DNA of 53,224 nucleotides. It comes from Verrucomicrobiia bacterium (GTDB lineage: Bacteria; Verrucomicrobiota; Verrucomicrobiia; Limisphaerales; UBA11358). The translations under genes and the position numbers were made by a program. Shown here piece by piece: positions 18,335 through 26,522 of the stretch. Positions within the stretch are counted from its first letter, which is position 1. Each line of letters begins with the position of its first letter. Location: NCBI GenBank assembly GCA_036510395.1, contig DATCDZ010000063.1:1-53224 (forward strand), written 5' to 3'. The notes below the pieces were generated by a model. It had not been told where the DNA came from, did not search any database, and saw only the letters and a list, made by a program, of their open reading frames with translations.

Positions 18335-18544
18335 AAGTGTTTGGAAAGCTTTCAAAAAGCGGCGATTCTGTTGGGCCACGTATCACACGATGCGACATTC
18401 GGTCGCGACGCATTTGCTGGAGCCGGGTTATGCCATCCGGACGGTGCAGGATTTGCCGGGCACGAGGATGTGAGGACGACGCAGATTTACACGCACGTCA
18501 TGCAGAAGCCGGAGATCGGGGCGAGGAGCCCGCTGGACAATTGA
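18335..18544 (+). pseudogene. 3' remnant (about 70 codons, at least 2 frameshifts) of a tyrosine recombinase with an integron-integrase-like C-terminus
   Basis: One frame reads '[27 protein letters not shown]' and then hits a stop. The +1 frame continues '[28 protein letters not shown]'. Joined, they reproduce the box II 'HxLRHSxATHLLExGxDIRTVQxLLGH...TxIYTHV' and the IntI-like tail 'G.RSPLD'. No N-terminal part is present. Confidence 0.6.
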
Positions 18545-18547
18545 AAA

Positions 18548-19951
18548 TCACTGCGCGGCGTAAAACGCATCCACTTTGGCCGCGACATCCCTGTAGCCGA
18601 TGTCGGTTTCGTAGATGATCTTGAACTGCTCCACGGCGTCCTCTTTTTTGTCCGTCTCTTCGAGCACGCAGCCGAGGTTGTAGATCAAATCTTTTTTTTC
18701 GTCGTCAAAGACGAGTTTTTCCTTGATGGCGTTTTGCAAAGTGCGCGCGGCGAGGTCGAACATTTTCCGTTTGGCGAAGCATTGCGCGAGGAGGCTCATT
18801 GCGGCGAGGCGCTTGTGCGGGTTGCCCTGCGCCTTCTGCAATTCGGAAATCGCCTCGCTGATTTTTCCGGCCTGAAAATAAAGCTGCCCCATCTCGAAGC
18901 GGACCGCCAGGTCGGTCGGGAATTTTTCAACGCGCTTCCGACATTCGGCGACCTGAAAATCCAGCTTCTCCGCCTGAAGCCTCGCCAGTTCGTCGGCGTG
19001 TTCCGCGGCAAAAGGGTTCAATCCCGCGATCTGGTGGTCGTAGCGCTTGACGATGGTGTTCGCGATGGCCTGCGCGAGCGAGGAGTCCCCGCCGCCCATC
19101 TCGGAACTCTTGATGCGGTCGTAAAATTCCAGCGCGCGGTCGAACTCCTTTTTGTCCGTGTAAAGCTCCGCAAGCTGGCGCAGGAGCTTGAGGTTGTCCG
19201 GCTCGGTCTGCAGGCGCGCCTCGTATTCTGCAATCAACCGCGCCGCCACGTCTTCTGTCTTCTGCGAGCGTTTTTCCTGTTCGAGGGAGACGGCCTCCTC
19301 TTTGTTCTTGAGGATGTCGCGGTAGGAGCCTTCGCCGCCTTCGAGCGCGTTGTAGCCACCCTCGTCCAGAGTCTTGCGCGCGGACAGGTTTTTCAGTGCC
19401 TGGCTTAAATCGCCGTCGCTGGGATTGTCGCGCAGCAGGTCCAGCACGATTTGTTCAGCGCGCGAACCTTCGCCGATTTCGGAGACGGCGTGGGCGAATT
19501 CAATCGCGAGGTCTTTGTCTTTGGGCGAATTTTTCGCCAGCGTCTCGTAGGACAGCGCCGCCGTGCGCGGCAGTTCCAGCGCAGCCGCCGCCTCGACGAT
19601 GATCCGGTGCGCGGCGGAACTGTTCGGGTCGCCGTTCAAAATCTGCTCGGCGATGGCCATGGCCTCGCCGGGATTTTTGCCCAAAACCATCCTGGCCCTG
19701 GCGACCTGCGGCGACGAACCCGCGCCGCTCATCATTTTTTTGAAGAAGCCGCCGCCGCCGCCGCTGCCGGCCTTCTTGAACTGCTCCGCGCGCAACGCCT
19801 TGCGTCCGGCGTAAAATTCCGGCTCCCTTTGGAGCACCTGGTTGAACAGGTCAATCGCGTAATCAATGTTCTGCCGCTGCGCCGCCTCGGCGGCCTTGGC
19901 GAACAAGGTGCGCGCGTCGCGCGAAATGTCATTGATGTTTTTTTCGGCCAT
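18548..19951 (-). CDS. Tetratricopeptide-repeat protein
   Basis: 467 aa, helical, with repeated TPR-like units (for example 'LAELYTDKKEFDRALEFYDRI' and 'EMGQLYFQAGKISEAISELQKA'). The ATG is confirmed at 19949-19951. Confidence 0.8.
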   Translation of the reverse strand: MAEKNINDISRDARTLFAKAAEAAQRQNIDYAIDLFNQVLQREPEFYAGRKALRAEQFKKAGSGGGGGFFKKMMSGAGSSPQVARARMVLGKNPGEAMAIAEQILNGDPNSSAAHRIIVEAAAALELPRTAALSYETLAKNSPKDKDLAIEFAHAVSEIGEGSRAEQIVLDLLRDNPSDGDLSQALKNLSARKTLDEGGYNALEGGEGSYRDILKNKEEAVSLEQEKRSQKTEDVAARLIAEYEARLQTEPDNLKLLRQLAELYTDKKEFDRALEFYDRIKSSEMGGGDSSLAQAIANTIVKRYDHQIAGLNPFAAEHADELARLQAEKLDFQVAECRKRVEKFPTDLAVRFEMGQLYFQAGKISEAISELQKAQGNPHKRLAAMSLLAQCFAKRKMFDLAARTLQNAIKEKLVFDDEKKDLIYNLGCVLEETDKKEDAVEQFKIIYETDIGYRDVAAKVDAFYAAQ

Positions 19952-19995
19952 GGGATTTCAGTGTTGAATTAAAATTGCGCGTGCAGCCGGAAAAA

Positions 19996-21075
19996 TCAAG
20001 CGCATTGCGCCTTGTGCCGGAGCGCATGGTCAATTAGAACCAGCGCGGTCATCGCCTCGACCATCGGCACGGCGCGCGGCAGCACGCATGGATCATGGCG
20101 TCCGCGGCCCTTGAGCGTCGTGTTTTCAAATTTTTCCGAAACCGTATCTTGCTCGTGCATGACGGTGGCAACGGGCTTGAACGCAATGCGAAAGAAAATC
20201 GTCTCGCCATTTGAAATGCCACCTTGAATGCCGCCGGAACGGTTCGTCGTCGTAAAAACCTTTCCGCCGCGCGAACGAAACGCGTCGTTATGTTCACGGC
20301 CCGTCAAAAGAATTCCGCCGAAACCCGAGCCGGTTTCAAACGCCTTCGACGCCGGCAGGCTCAACATCGCCTTCGCCATATCCGCTTCGAGCTTGTCAAA
20401 AACCGGTTCGCCCCAGCCTGCCGGAACGCCGCGCGCGACGCCTTCGACGATGCCGCCGACGGTGTTGCCTTCGCGCCGCATTTTTTCAATCAGCCGGATC
20501 ATTTTTTCCGCCGCGATTTTGTCGGGGCAGCGGACGATGTTTGATTCGACTTCGGAAAATTTCACCTTGTCGGGATTTATTTCCGCCGAAATTTTCTGGA
20601 CTTGCTTGACGTAAGCCAGAGTTTCCACGCCGAATTTTTCGCGCAGAATTTTCTTCGCGATTGCGCCCGCCGCGACGCGGCCAACCGTTTCGCGCGCGCT
20701 CGCGCGCCCGCCGCCCGCCCACGCGCGGATGCCGTATTTCGCGAAGTAGGTGAAGTCTGCGTGGGACGGACGGAACTTCGTTTTCATTTCCGAATACGCT
20801 TCGGGCCGTGCGTCCTCGTTTTTCACCCAAAGACAAATCGGCGTGCCGAGTGTTTTGCCGCCGAACGTGCCGGAAAGGATTTGCACCGTGTCGGATTCCT
20901 TGCGCGGCGTGACGATTTTGGACTGGCCCGGACGGCGACGGTCGAGGTCAGGCTGGATGTCCGCCTCGCTCAATTTCAATCGAGGCGGGCAGCCATCCAC
21001 GACCACGCCCACGCCGCCGCCGTGCGATTCGCCCCAAGTCGTGATGCGGAACAATTGTCCAAAGCTGCTTGCCAT
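19996..21075 (-). CDS. aroC: Chorismate synthase
   Basis: '[23 protein letters not shown]', '[15 protein letters not shown]', '[18 protein letters not shown]'. Confidence 0.95.
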   Translation of the reverse strand: MASSFGQLFRITTWGESHGGGVGVVVDGCPPRLKLSEADIQPDLDRRRPGQSKIVTPRKESDTVQILSGTFGGKTLGTPICLWVKNEDARPEAYSEMKTKFRPSHADFTYFAKYGIRAWAGGGRASARETVGRVAAGAIAKKILREKFGVETLAYVKQVQKISAEINPDKVKFSEVESNIVRCPDKIAAEKMIRLIEKMRREGNTVGGIVEGVARGVPAGWGEPVFDKLEADMAKAMLSLPASKAFETGSGFGGILLTGREHNDAFRSRGGKVFTTTNRSGGIQGGISNGETIFFRIAFKPVATVMHEQDTVSEKFENTTLKGRGRHDPCVLPRAVPMVEAMTALVLIDHALRHKAQCA

Positions 21076-21081
21076 GCCTTG

Positions 21082-21110
21082 ATTGTGCGAAAAAATCGCC
21101 GTGCGGTCAA
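21082..21110 (-). promoter_or_regulatory. Candidate sigma-70-type promoter of aroC (TTGACC-N17-CACAAT), copy a of a duplicated segment
   Basis: Minus strand: TTGACC (21110-21105), a 17-nt spacer, then CACAAT (21087-21082), six nt before the aroC ATG. The core ATTTTTTCGCACAATC is identical to 22285-22300. Confidence 0.4.
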
Positions 21111-21135
21111 CTTATCCGGGTGGGACTTTCATTGT

Positions 21136-22257
21136 TCAATGGCCAGGAAAAGCCCGATAGAAGCGAGTCGGAAACATTGTCACGATTGAGTCAGTAAAAG
21201 TGAAGGGCGGTGTATTTGTGTAAATATTGATCCAATTCATCAAATTGGTTGATGCTTGAACACAAGTTGAATAGTAAGGAGACGGCATTAAAACGGTAAT
21301 TTGAACTGTTTCATTTGTAACAACAGCTTGTAATTCAGGTATTGGTTGAAAGGCTAATGCGGCAGGATGAGGCAATCCAAAGACAAAAGTGCTTCGGACT
21401 CCCTTTGTCGTGAATTCATAGATGTTGCCGCTGCTGTAATCAGCTTCAAACAGATCGCCCGCGCTGTTAAAAACCAAACCATGAGGGAGGGACAATCCGG
21501 AGGCAAAGGTAATATAATTAGACGATAGCACGCCTCCGCTATTGATGAATTCATAAATGTTGCCACTGCCACCGTCTGCCTCAAATAGATCGCCTTTACT
21601 GTCAAAAGCCAAGCCAAATGGACGATACAGCCCGGAGACAAATGTGCTTTCTGCTCCGTTTGTAGTAAATTCATAGATGCTCTGGCTTTCTACATCCGTC
21701 ACATACACATTATTTGAGCGGTCAATGGCCACTGCGGTAGGATTCAGCCCGGAGGCAAATACGCTTCCCACTCCGCTTGACGTAAATTTGTGCATTATGC
21801 CAGTGTTCGCATTATGTGAGCCAAAATCTACTTCAAATAAATTGCCCGCGCTATCGAAGGCCAATCCTTGAGGTTCATACAATCCGGTAGCAAAAGCGAC
21901 ACGGTTGGACAATAGCACGCCACCATGATTGGTAAATTCATAAATGTTGCCACTGCTGACATTGTCTGCTTCAAACAGATTGCCAGCGGTATCAAAGGTC
22001 AACCCGTAAGAAGGACTTAACCCAGAAACGAAGGTGTTTTTCGATCCAGTTGACGTAAATTCAAGAATCAATCCATTTGTTGGCGGCGGCGGCGGAAATC
22101 CAGAAATGTTGGTGCTTCCCAACACAAACAGATTTTGCGCCGATGCCAAAGTGGACAGCAGCATCACTGCTCCCACACAAATCATTCTACCGAATGAATG
22201 GCCTGAAGGGAATACGCCCAGTATATTAGCCTTCATTGCATTAACATTTTTATTCAT
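21136..22257 (-). CDS. Secreted NHL/beta-propeller repeat protein with a C-terminal '...FYR' module
   Basis: It has a signal peptide and six units of about 45 aa of the type 'GNIYEFT..G..STFVSGL..P.GLAFDS.G.LFEAD'. G+C is visibly lower than in its neighbours. Confidence 0.75.
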   Translation of the reverse strand: MNKNVNAMKANILGVFPSGHSFGRMICVGAVMLLSTLASAQNLFVLGSTNISGFPPPPPTNGLILEFTSTGSKNTFVSGLSPSYGLTFDTAGNLFEADNVSSGNIYEFTNHGGVLLSNRVAFATGLYEPQGLAFDSAGNLFEVDFGSHNANTGIMHKFTSSGVGSVFASGLNPTAVAIDRSNNVYVTDVESQSIYEFTTNGAESTFVSGLYRPFGLAFDSKGDLFEADGGSGNIYEFINSGGVLSSNYITFASGLSLPHGLVFNSAGDLFEADYSSGNIYEFTTKGVRSTFVFGLPHPAALAFQPIPELQAVVTNETVQITVLMPSPYYSTCVQASTNLMNWINIYTNTPPFTFTDSIVTMFPTRFYRAFPGH

Positions 22258-22285
22258 CGTATGGAAAAATGCTTGCTATGTGCGG

Positions 22286-22315
22286 ATTGTGCGAAAAAAT
22301 TCGTTGCATTGTCAA
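22286..22315 (-). promoter_or_regulatory. Candidate promoter of the NHL-repeat gene (TTGACA-N18-CACAAT), copy b of the duplicated segment
   Basis: Minus strand: TTGACA (22315-22310) and CACAAT (22291-22286), 28 nt upstream of the ATG at 22257. Confidence 0.4.
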
Positions 22316-22373
22316 ATACGGCGTGAACTTGCCGCTTGAAACTTGGAACTTCAAACGGGAAACTCCCGCGAAC

Positions 22374-23174
22374 ATGAATCGCATCGTTGAGAAATTTGTC
22401 CAACTCAAGAAATCCGCCAAAAAAGGCTTCGTCGTCTATATCGGCGCGGGCGATCCGAACCTCGCCGCCACGCGCGAACTGGCCTTGGCCTTCGACAAAG
22501 CGGGCGTGGATATTCTCGAACTCGGCGTGCCGTTCAGTGATCCGCTCGCGGATGGCTTGGTGAACCAGCTCGCGGCGCAACGCGGTCTGGAATCCAAAAC
22601 CACGCCACCAAAACTTTTGGAAACAATTGCGGCGGTTCGCAAACAATCGCAAATCCCGATTGTCCTCTATATTTACTTCAACCTGATTCACAAGGTCGGA
22701 ATGGAAAAATTTATTCGCGACGCGGCGAAGGCTGGCGTGGACGGCTTGCTCATTTTGGATTTGCCTCCGGAAGAATCGGACAATTACGAAGCGCTGATGA
22801 AAAAGGCCGGGCTCTGCCACATTTATCTCGTTGCGCCGACGACGCCGGAAGATCGCATTGAATTCATCGTGAAACGCGGCAGCGGATTTATTTATTACAT
22901 CTCGCGCGAAGGCGTGACGGGAATGCAAAGCAAGGTCGCGTCGAACCTTGCATCGCAAGTTGCAAAAATCCGCGCGCACACAGATTTGCCGGTTGCCGTC
23001 GGCTTTGGCGTTTCAAATCCTGAACAGGCGAAACTTGTCGCGCAGAACGCGGACGCCGTCGTCGTCGGCAGCGCGGTGGTGAATCAAATCGCCGAACACG
23101 GAAAATCAAAAAATTTGGTCAAGCACGTCGGCAAATTCGTGAAATCGCTGGCCGATGCGGTGAAATCTATTTAA
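22374..23174 (+). CDS. trpA: Tryptophan synthase alpha chain
   Basis: 'FVVYIGAGDPNLAATRELALAFDKAGVDILELGVPFSDPLADGLVNQ', 'YYISREGVTGM', 'PVAVGFGVS'. The ATG at 22374 (MNRIVEKF) is preferred over the track start at 22269. Confidence 0.9.
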   Translation: MNRIVEKFVQLKKSAKKGFVVYIGAGDPNLAATRELALAFDKAGVDILELGVPFSDPLADGLVNQLAAQRGLESKTTPPKLLETIAAVRKQSQIPIVLYIYFNLIHKVGMEKFIRDAAKAGVDGLLILDLPPEESDNYEALMKKAGLCHIYLVAPTTPEDRIEFIVKRGSGFIYYISREGVTGMQSKVASNLASQVAKIRAHTDLPVAVGFGVSNPEQAKLVAQNADAVVVGSAVVNQIAEHGKSKNLVKHVGKFVKSLADAVKSI

Positions 23175-23204
23175 GCCACAGATGAAACACGGATTGAACA
23201 TAGG
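23175..23204. repeat. Family C half-element (CAC[AG]GAT units), left flank of the 23213-23806 gene
   Basis: 'GCCACAGATGAAACACGGATTGAACATAGGC' follows the trpA TAA directly. The 20-mer at 23177-23196 is the reverse complement (19 of 20) of 23808-23827. Confidence 0.8.
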
Positions 23205-23212
23205 CTAAAAAT

Positions 23213-23806
23213 ATGGGAGCAGGCTTTGTCATTTTAATTTGGTTAATTCTTGCCGGAATATACGGCTGTGTTTTCCTTGCCTTCGTTGGCATTTGGTTTT
23301 GGGGGCGAAAGAAAAATATAGCTTGGCTAAAATGGTTGGGAAAAATTCTCGCAATTGGAATGGCTAGTATCGCCATATTTGTAGTTGCGTTTTTAGTCTG
23401 GGGAATTGCTTGTTCCAAGAACCCGCGTTGGGTTTTTAAAGAAACTTTTAACATTGAGCCGCCACCATCCATTTCCAAAATTCAGAGCTCGTTTTATAAT
23501 ATTGCGGATACCGGAGATGTTTATCTTCGATTTCAAACGCCGCAGATAGAATTTGAAAAATTAGTTTCCACAAATTTGGTGAAGAAAACTGCCGAAGAAA
23601 TGGAAAGGGATGCGCCGCACGAAATTGATGGTGGCATTCCAAAATGGTGGGACTATCAAATTCAATCTGATTGGACTTACTATTTGCGAATTTCTCCATC
23701 AGGTGGCAGTCACGCTGGAACAAGAGAGTTTTCCAATGAGACAGAGTATTTTGCTTACAATCCTAAAACACAAATTGCGTATTACCATTTTCTCGGAATT
23801 GACTAA
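23213..23806 (+). CDS. Hypothetical membrane protein (three N-terminal TM helices plus a soluble domain), low-GC
   Basis: 197-aa ORF with ATG at 23213. I recognise no family. It is bracketed by inverted family C arms. Confidence 0.6.
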   Translation: MGAGFVILIWLILAGIYGCVFLAFVGIWFWGRKKNIAWLKWLGKILAIGMASIAIFVVAFLVWGIACSKNPRWVFKETFNIEPPPSISKIQSSFYNIADTGDVYLRFQTPQIEFEKLVSTNLVKKTAEEMERDAPHEIDGGIPKWWDYQIQSDWTYYLRISPSGGSHAGTREFSNETEYFAYNPKTQIAYYHFLGID

Positions 23807-23840
23807 CCAATCTGTGTTTCATCTGTGAAAATCTGTGGCT
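23807..23840. repeat. Family C half-element, right flank (inverted relative to 23175-23204)
   Basis: 'CCAATCTGTGTTTCATCTGTGAAAATCTGTGGCT'. Its reverse complement closely matches the left arm of the hairpin at 40368-40431 over the first ~29 nt. Confidence 0.8.
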
Positions 23841-23848
23841 AAATAATT

Positions 23849-24979
23849 ATGAAAGTTAAACCCGACATCAAAAACCGTTTCGTCATCATCATGGCCGGCG
23901 GACGCGGCGAGCGGTTCTGGCCGTTGAGCCGGGAGAAAATGCCCAAGCAATTGCTCGCGCTGCTGGGCAAAAAATCTTTTTTGCAGGAAGCCGTCGAGCG
24001 CGTGCTGCCAATTGTTCCCGCGAAAAATATTTTCGTCGTCACCAACGAGGCGCAGTTGCCGGAAGTCCGCAAACAGTTGCCGAAAATTCCGAAAGGAAAC
24101 CTGGTCGCCGAGCCAGTTGGCCGCGACACCTCCGCCGCAGTCACACTCGGCGCGGCGCTCGTCGGCGCGCGTTCCACGACGGGCGTGATGGCGGTTTTGC
24201 CTGCGGATCACGTCATTCCCGACGTGAAAAAATTCCAGCAGGTTTTGAGCGACGCGTTTGACGTGGCGGCGCAGGGACAGGCGATTGTTACCATCGGCAT
24301 CAAGCCGACCGAGCCGGCGACGGGCTACGGCTACATTCACACCGGCGCGGAACTGCCCACACCGCCGGGCGCGAAGAAAACGAAGACGATTTTTTTCAAG
24401 GCGGAAAAATTTGTTGAGAAGCCGAATTACGAGACCGCGCTGGATTACGTCAACAGCGGACAGTATCGCTGGAACGCGGGGATGTTTGTCTGGAGTTTCA
24501 TCACGGTCACGAACGGGCTGGAAAAACATCAGCCGGAGATGTTCGCCGCGTGCCAGCGGTGGTTCAAGGTCGCGAACAATCCGGCGAAGCTCGCAAAAAT
24601 TCTGGCGAAGGAATATCCGGCGATCAAAAAAATCTCGATAGATTTTGCGCTGATGGAGCACGCGCAAAATGTCATCGTGGCCGACGGCGCGTTTGAGTGG
24701 GACGACCTCGGCGCGTGGAACGCGCTGTCGCGGCATCTCAAGGCCGACGCGGAAGGCAATTGCGCCGTGGCAGATTTCATCCACGTGGACGCGGCGCGGA
24801 ACATCATCTACGACGCGCGGACGAAAAACCGCACGCCGATCGCGGTGGTCGGTTTGCGCGATTCGATTCTGGTGCAGACGGACGACGCGGTTTTGCTGGC
24901 GCACAAAAGCCAGGCGCAGAAAGTGAAGGAGCTGGTCAGGAAATTGGGCGAGGACGCGCGGTGGAAGAAATTGATTTAA
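23849..24979 (+). CDS. manC: Mannose-1-phosphate guanylyltransferase (NTP-transferase domain only)
   Basis: 'FVIIMAGGRGERFWPLSREKMPKQLL', 'GYGYI', and 'KFVEKPN' motifs of ManC/CpsB-type nucleotidyltransferases. Confidence 0.85.
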   Translation: MKVKPDIKNRFVIIMAGGRGERFWPLSREKMPKQLLALLGKKSFLQEAVERVLPIVPAKNIFVVTNEAQLPEVRKQLPKIPKGNLVAEPVGRDTSAAVTLGAALVGARSTTGVMAVLPADHVIPDVKKFQQVLSDAFDVAAQGQAIVTIGIKPTEPATGYGYIHTGAELPTPPGAKKTKTIFFKAEKFVEKPNYETALDYVNSGQYRWNAGMFVWSFITVTNGLEKHQPEMFAACQRWFKVANNPAKLAKILAKEYPAIKKISIDFALMEHAQNVIVADGAFEWDDLGAWNALSRHLKADAEGNCAVADFIHVDAARNIIYDARTKNRTPIAVVGLRDSILVQTDDAVLLAHKSQAQKVKELVRKLGEDARWKKLI

Positions 24980-25006
24980 CCACGGATGGACGCGGATTTT
25001 TCACCG
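24978..25006. repeat. Family C-like unit array (CACGGAT variant) abutting the manC stop codon
   Basis: 'TAACCACGGATGGACGCGGATTTTTCACC'. A similar 'TTTAACCACGGAT...' string occurs at 46934. Confidence 0.6.
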
Positions 25007-25151
25007 GCGGTTTTAACAATCAGACCGCCGCCGGTTTGATGCCGGTTTGAACGGGCGCGTGCCGTGCGGTTTTGCGCGCCATCCATTCTTGGGCATACAT
25101 TGGCCACCCGGCGATTGTTGCTGGTCTGACCTTCTCGGAAGTTTGTCGCCC

Positions 25152-26522
25152 TTACCGTCCGTTGGTGCTGTTCTGTCTGGGCAGAACGATGCCGAAAACG
25201 GTGCCGTGATTCATCTGGGTTTGATATTGCAGCTCGCCACCGTGTCTCTGGACAATCTGCGCGGCAATGGACACGCCCAAGCCGGTGCCGTCTTTCTTGG
25301 TGGTAAAGAACGGTTGAAAAAGCTGTTTTTCCACTTCTGGCGGGATGCCGATGCCGGTGTCCGCCACTTCAAGGACGGCCACGTCCGTTTCGTGGCCGGC
25401 CAGCAGCTTCCGATCCGGGCGGGCGCGAAGCGTGATGCAGCCGTTGCGGCCGATGCTGTTGACGGCGTTTTGCACCAGGCTTATGACGGCTTGTTTGATC
25501 TGGGCGGCGTCGGCGCGCACCTGCATGGGCGCCAAAATTTCCGTGACCAGCCGGATGTTGACGCCCGCGAGTTGAGGCATGAAAAAATCACGCAGTTCTT
25601 GCAGAAACGTTTCCAGTTTTAGCGTGGCCAGTCTCGGCGAGGACGGGCGGGTCAACGCGAGAAAATCGTCCAGGATGTGTTCGAGACGCACAATTTCCCG
25701 CTCGACAACCTCGGCCTCGGCCCGTTCGGACGAACCGGATTGAAGCTTGTTTTTCTGGAAGGCCATGCCGATTTTAATGGACGTGAGCGGATTGCGAACT
25801 TCATGGGCCGCGTCGGCGGCGAGCAGGCCGATGGAAGCCAGCTTTTCGTGGAGTTCTGCAAAGTTCTGGGTGTGCACCAGCCTGACGCGTAACGGCGCAA
25901 TAAGGTAGCGGTAAACGCCGACGGCCATTGCGGCTCCGAACACAAACAGCAGCCCCAAAGAAATGAGCACCGAGAAATACAAATGTTCCAGCGAGCGGTT
26001 GGCGTGTTGCAGGAGCTGGTTGTGCGACTGGTAATGGGTCCGGGCCAGTGATTGTCCCAAGCCAAACAGACGCTGCGACCGCTCGCGAACGGGCGTGAAG
26101 TCAGCCAATGAAGCACTCCGCCCGTCCAGGAATTCCATTTTGTCGTGAAAATCCCAAATCGCCTGCAAATAGCTGCCGTAGGCGGCGTGGATTTGTCGCA
26201 GCAGGTCCTTTTCGTCCGGAGTCCGCAACACGCTGCTTTGTTCACTGATCCAGACTTCCAAGTCGTGGCTGGCGTTGAGGCTGTTTTGCCAGACGTTTGG
26301 ATCGTGATCCGTGCCGTAGCGAAGCATGGCGCTGTTGAGTTTTCCCAGCGACTCTTCAAATTGATCCATGATCCCGGAACTTTCCGAACCCATGTTGTTC
26401 AGCCGGGACTGAAGTTCCGACACCTGCCGATGGGAATTCAGCGTGATGAGGGCAATCAATGCGCCCATCAATCCCACTGCGAGTCCGAGCGCCGTCAGCC
26501 TGAACCGGATGCCAAAATTCAT
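25152..26522 (-). CDS. Sensor histidine kinase (two TM helices, periplasmic helical sensor, HisKA, HATPase_c); no response regulator in the window
   Basis: H-box 'AADAAHEVRNPLTSI', 'LVQNAVNSI', 'DTGIGIPPE', 'GTGLGVSIAAQIVQRHGGEL'. The ATG at 26520-26522 overlaps the RND stop codon (ATGA). The longer track ORF would run inside the RND gene. Confidence 0.85.
   Translation of the reverse strand: MNFGIRFRLTALGLAVGLMGALIALITLNSHRQVSELQSRLNNMGSESSGIMDQFEESLGKLNSAMLRYGTDHDPNVWQNSLNASHDLEVWISEQSSVLRTPDEKDLLRQIHAAYGSYLQAIWDFHDKMEFLDGRSASLADFTPVRERSQRLFGLGQSLARTHYQSHNQLLQHANRSLEHLYFSVLISLGLLFVFGAAMAVGVYRYLIAPLRVRLVHTQNFAELHEKLASIGLLAADAAHEVRNPLTSIKIGMAFQKNKLQSGSSERAEAEVVEREIVRLEHILDDFLALTRPSSPRLATLKLETFLQELRDFFMPQLAGVNIRLVTEILAPMQVRADAAQIKQAVISLVQNAVNSIGRNGCITLRARPDRKLLAGHETDVAVLEVADTGIGIPPEVEKQLFQPFFTTKKDGTGLGVSIAAQIVQRHGGELQYQTQMNHGTVFGIVLPRQNSTNGR

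Noticed and set aside
18335-18544. Possibility of an active integron (integrase plus cassette array)
   Set aside because: Only a frameshifted C-terminal fragment remains. I saw no attI or attC-like series downstream or upstream, and the flanking genes (cls, TPR protein) are ordinary.
17527-18618. 363-aa plus-strand ORF opposite cls
   Set aside because: It is antisense to a gene with two clear HKD motifs. Only its last part (18335-18544) has meaning, as the recombinase relic, and that is reported separately.
23819-24904. 361-aa minus-strand ORF opposite manC; the same reasoning applies to 35000-36040 (+) opposite hprK, 47031-48011 (-) opposite the nuclease-like gene, and 30336-31490 (+) opposite the MFP/TetR genes
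   Set aside because: These are shadow ORFs. In every case the opposite strand carries strong family motifs, and these translations are Arg-rich and motif-free.
25002-25036. Hairpin ACCGGCGG-N17-CCGCCGGT followed by TTTGAT, as an intrinsic terminator between convergent manC and the histidine kinase
   Set aside because: The stem is only 8 bp, the loop is 17 nt, and the T-tract is poor. It is plausible but below my threshold for a feature call.
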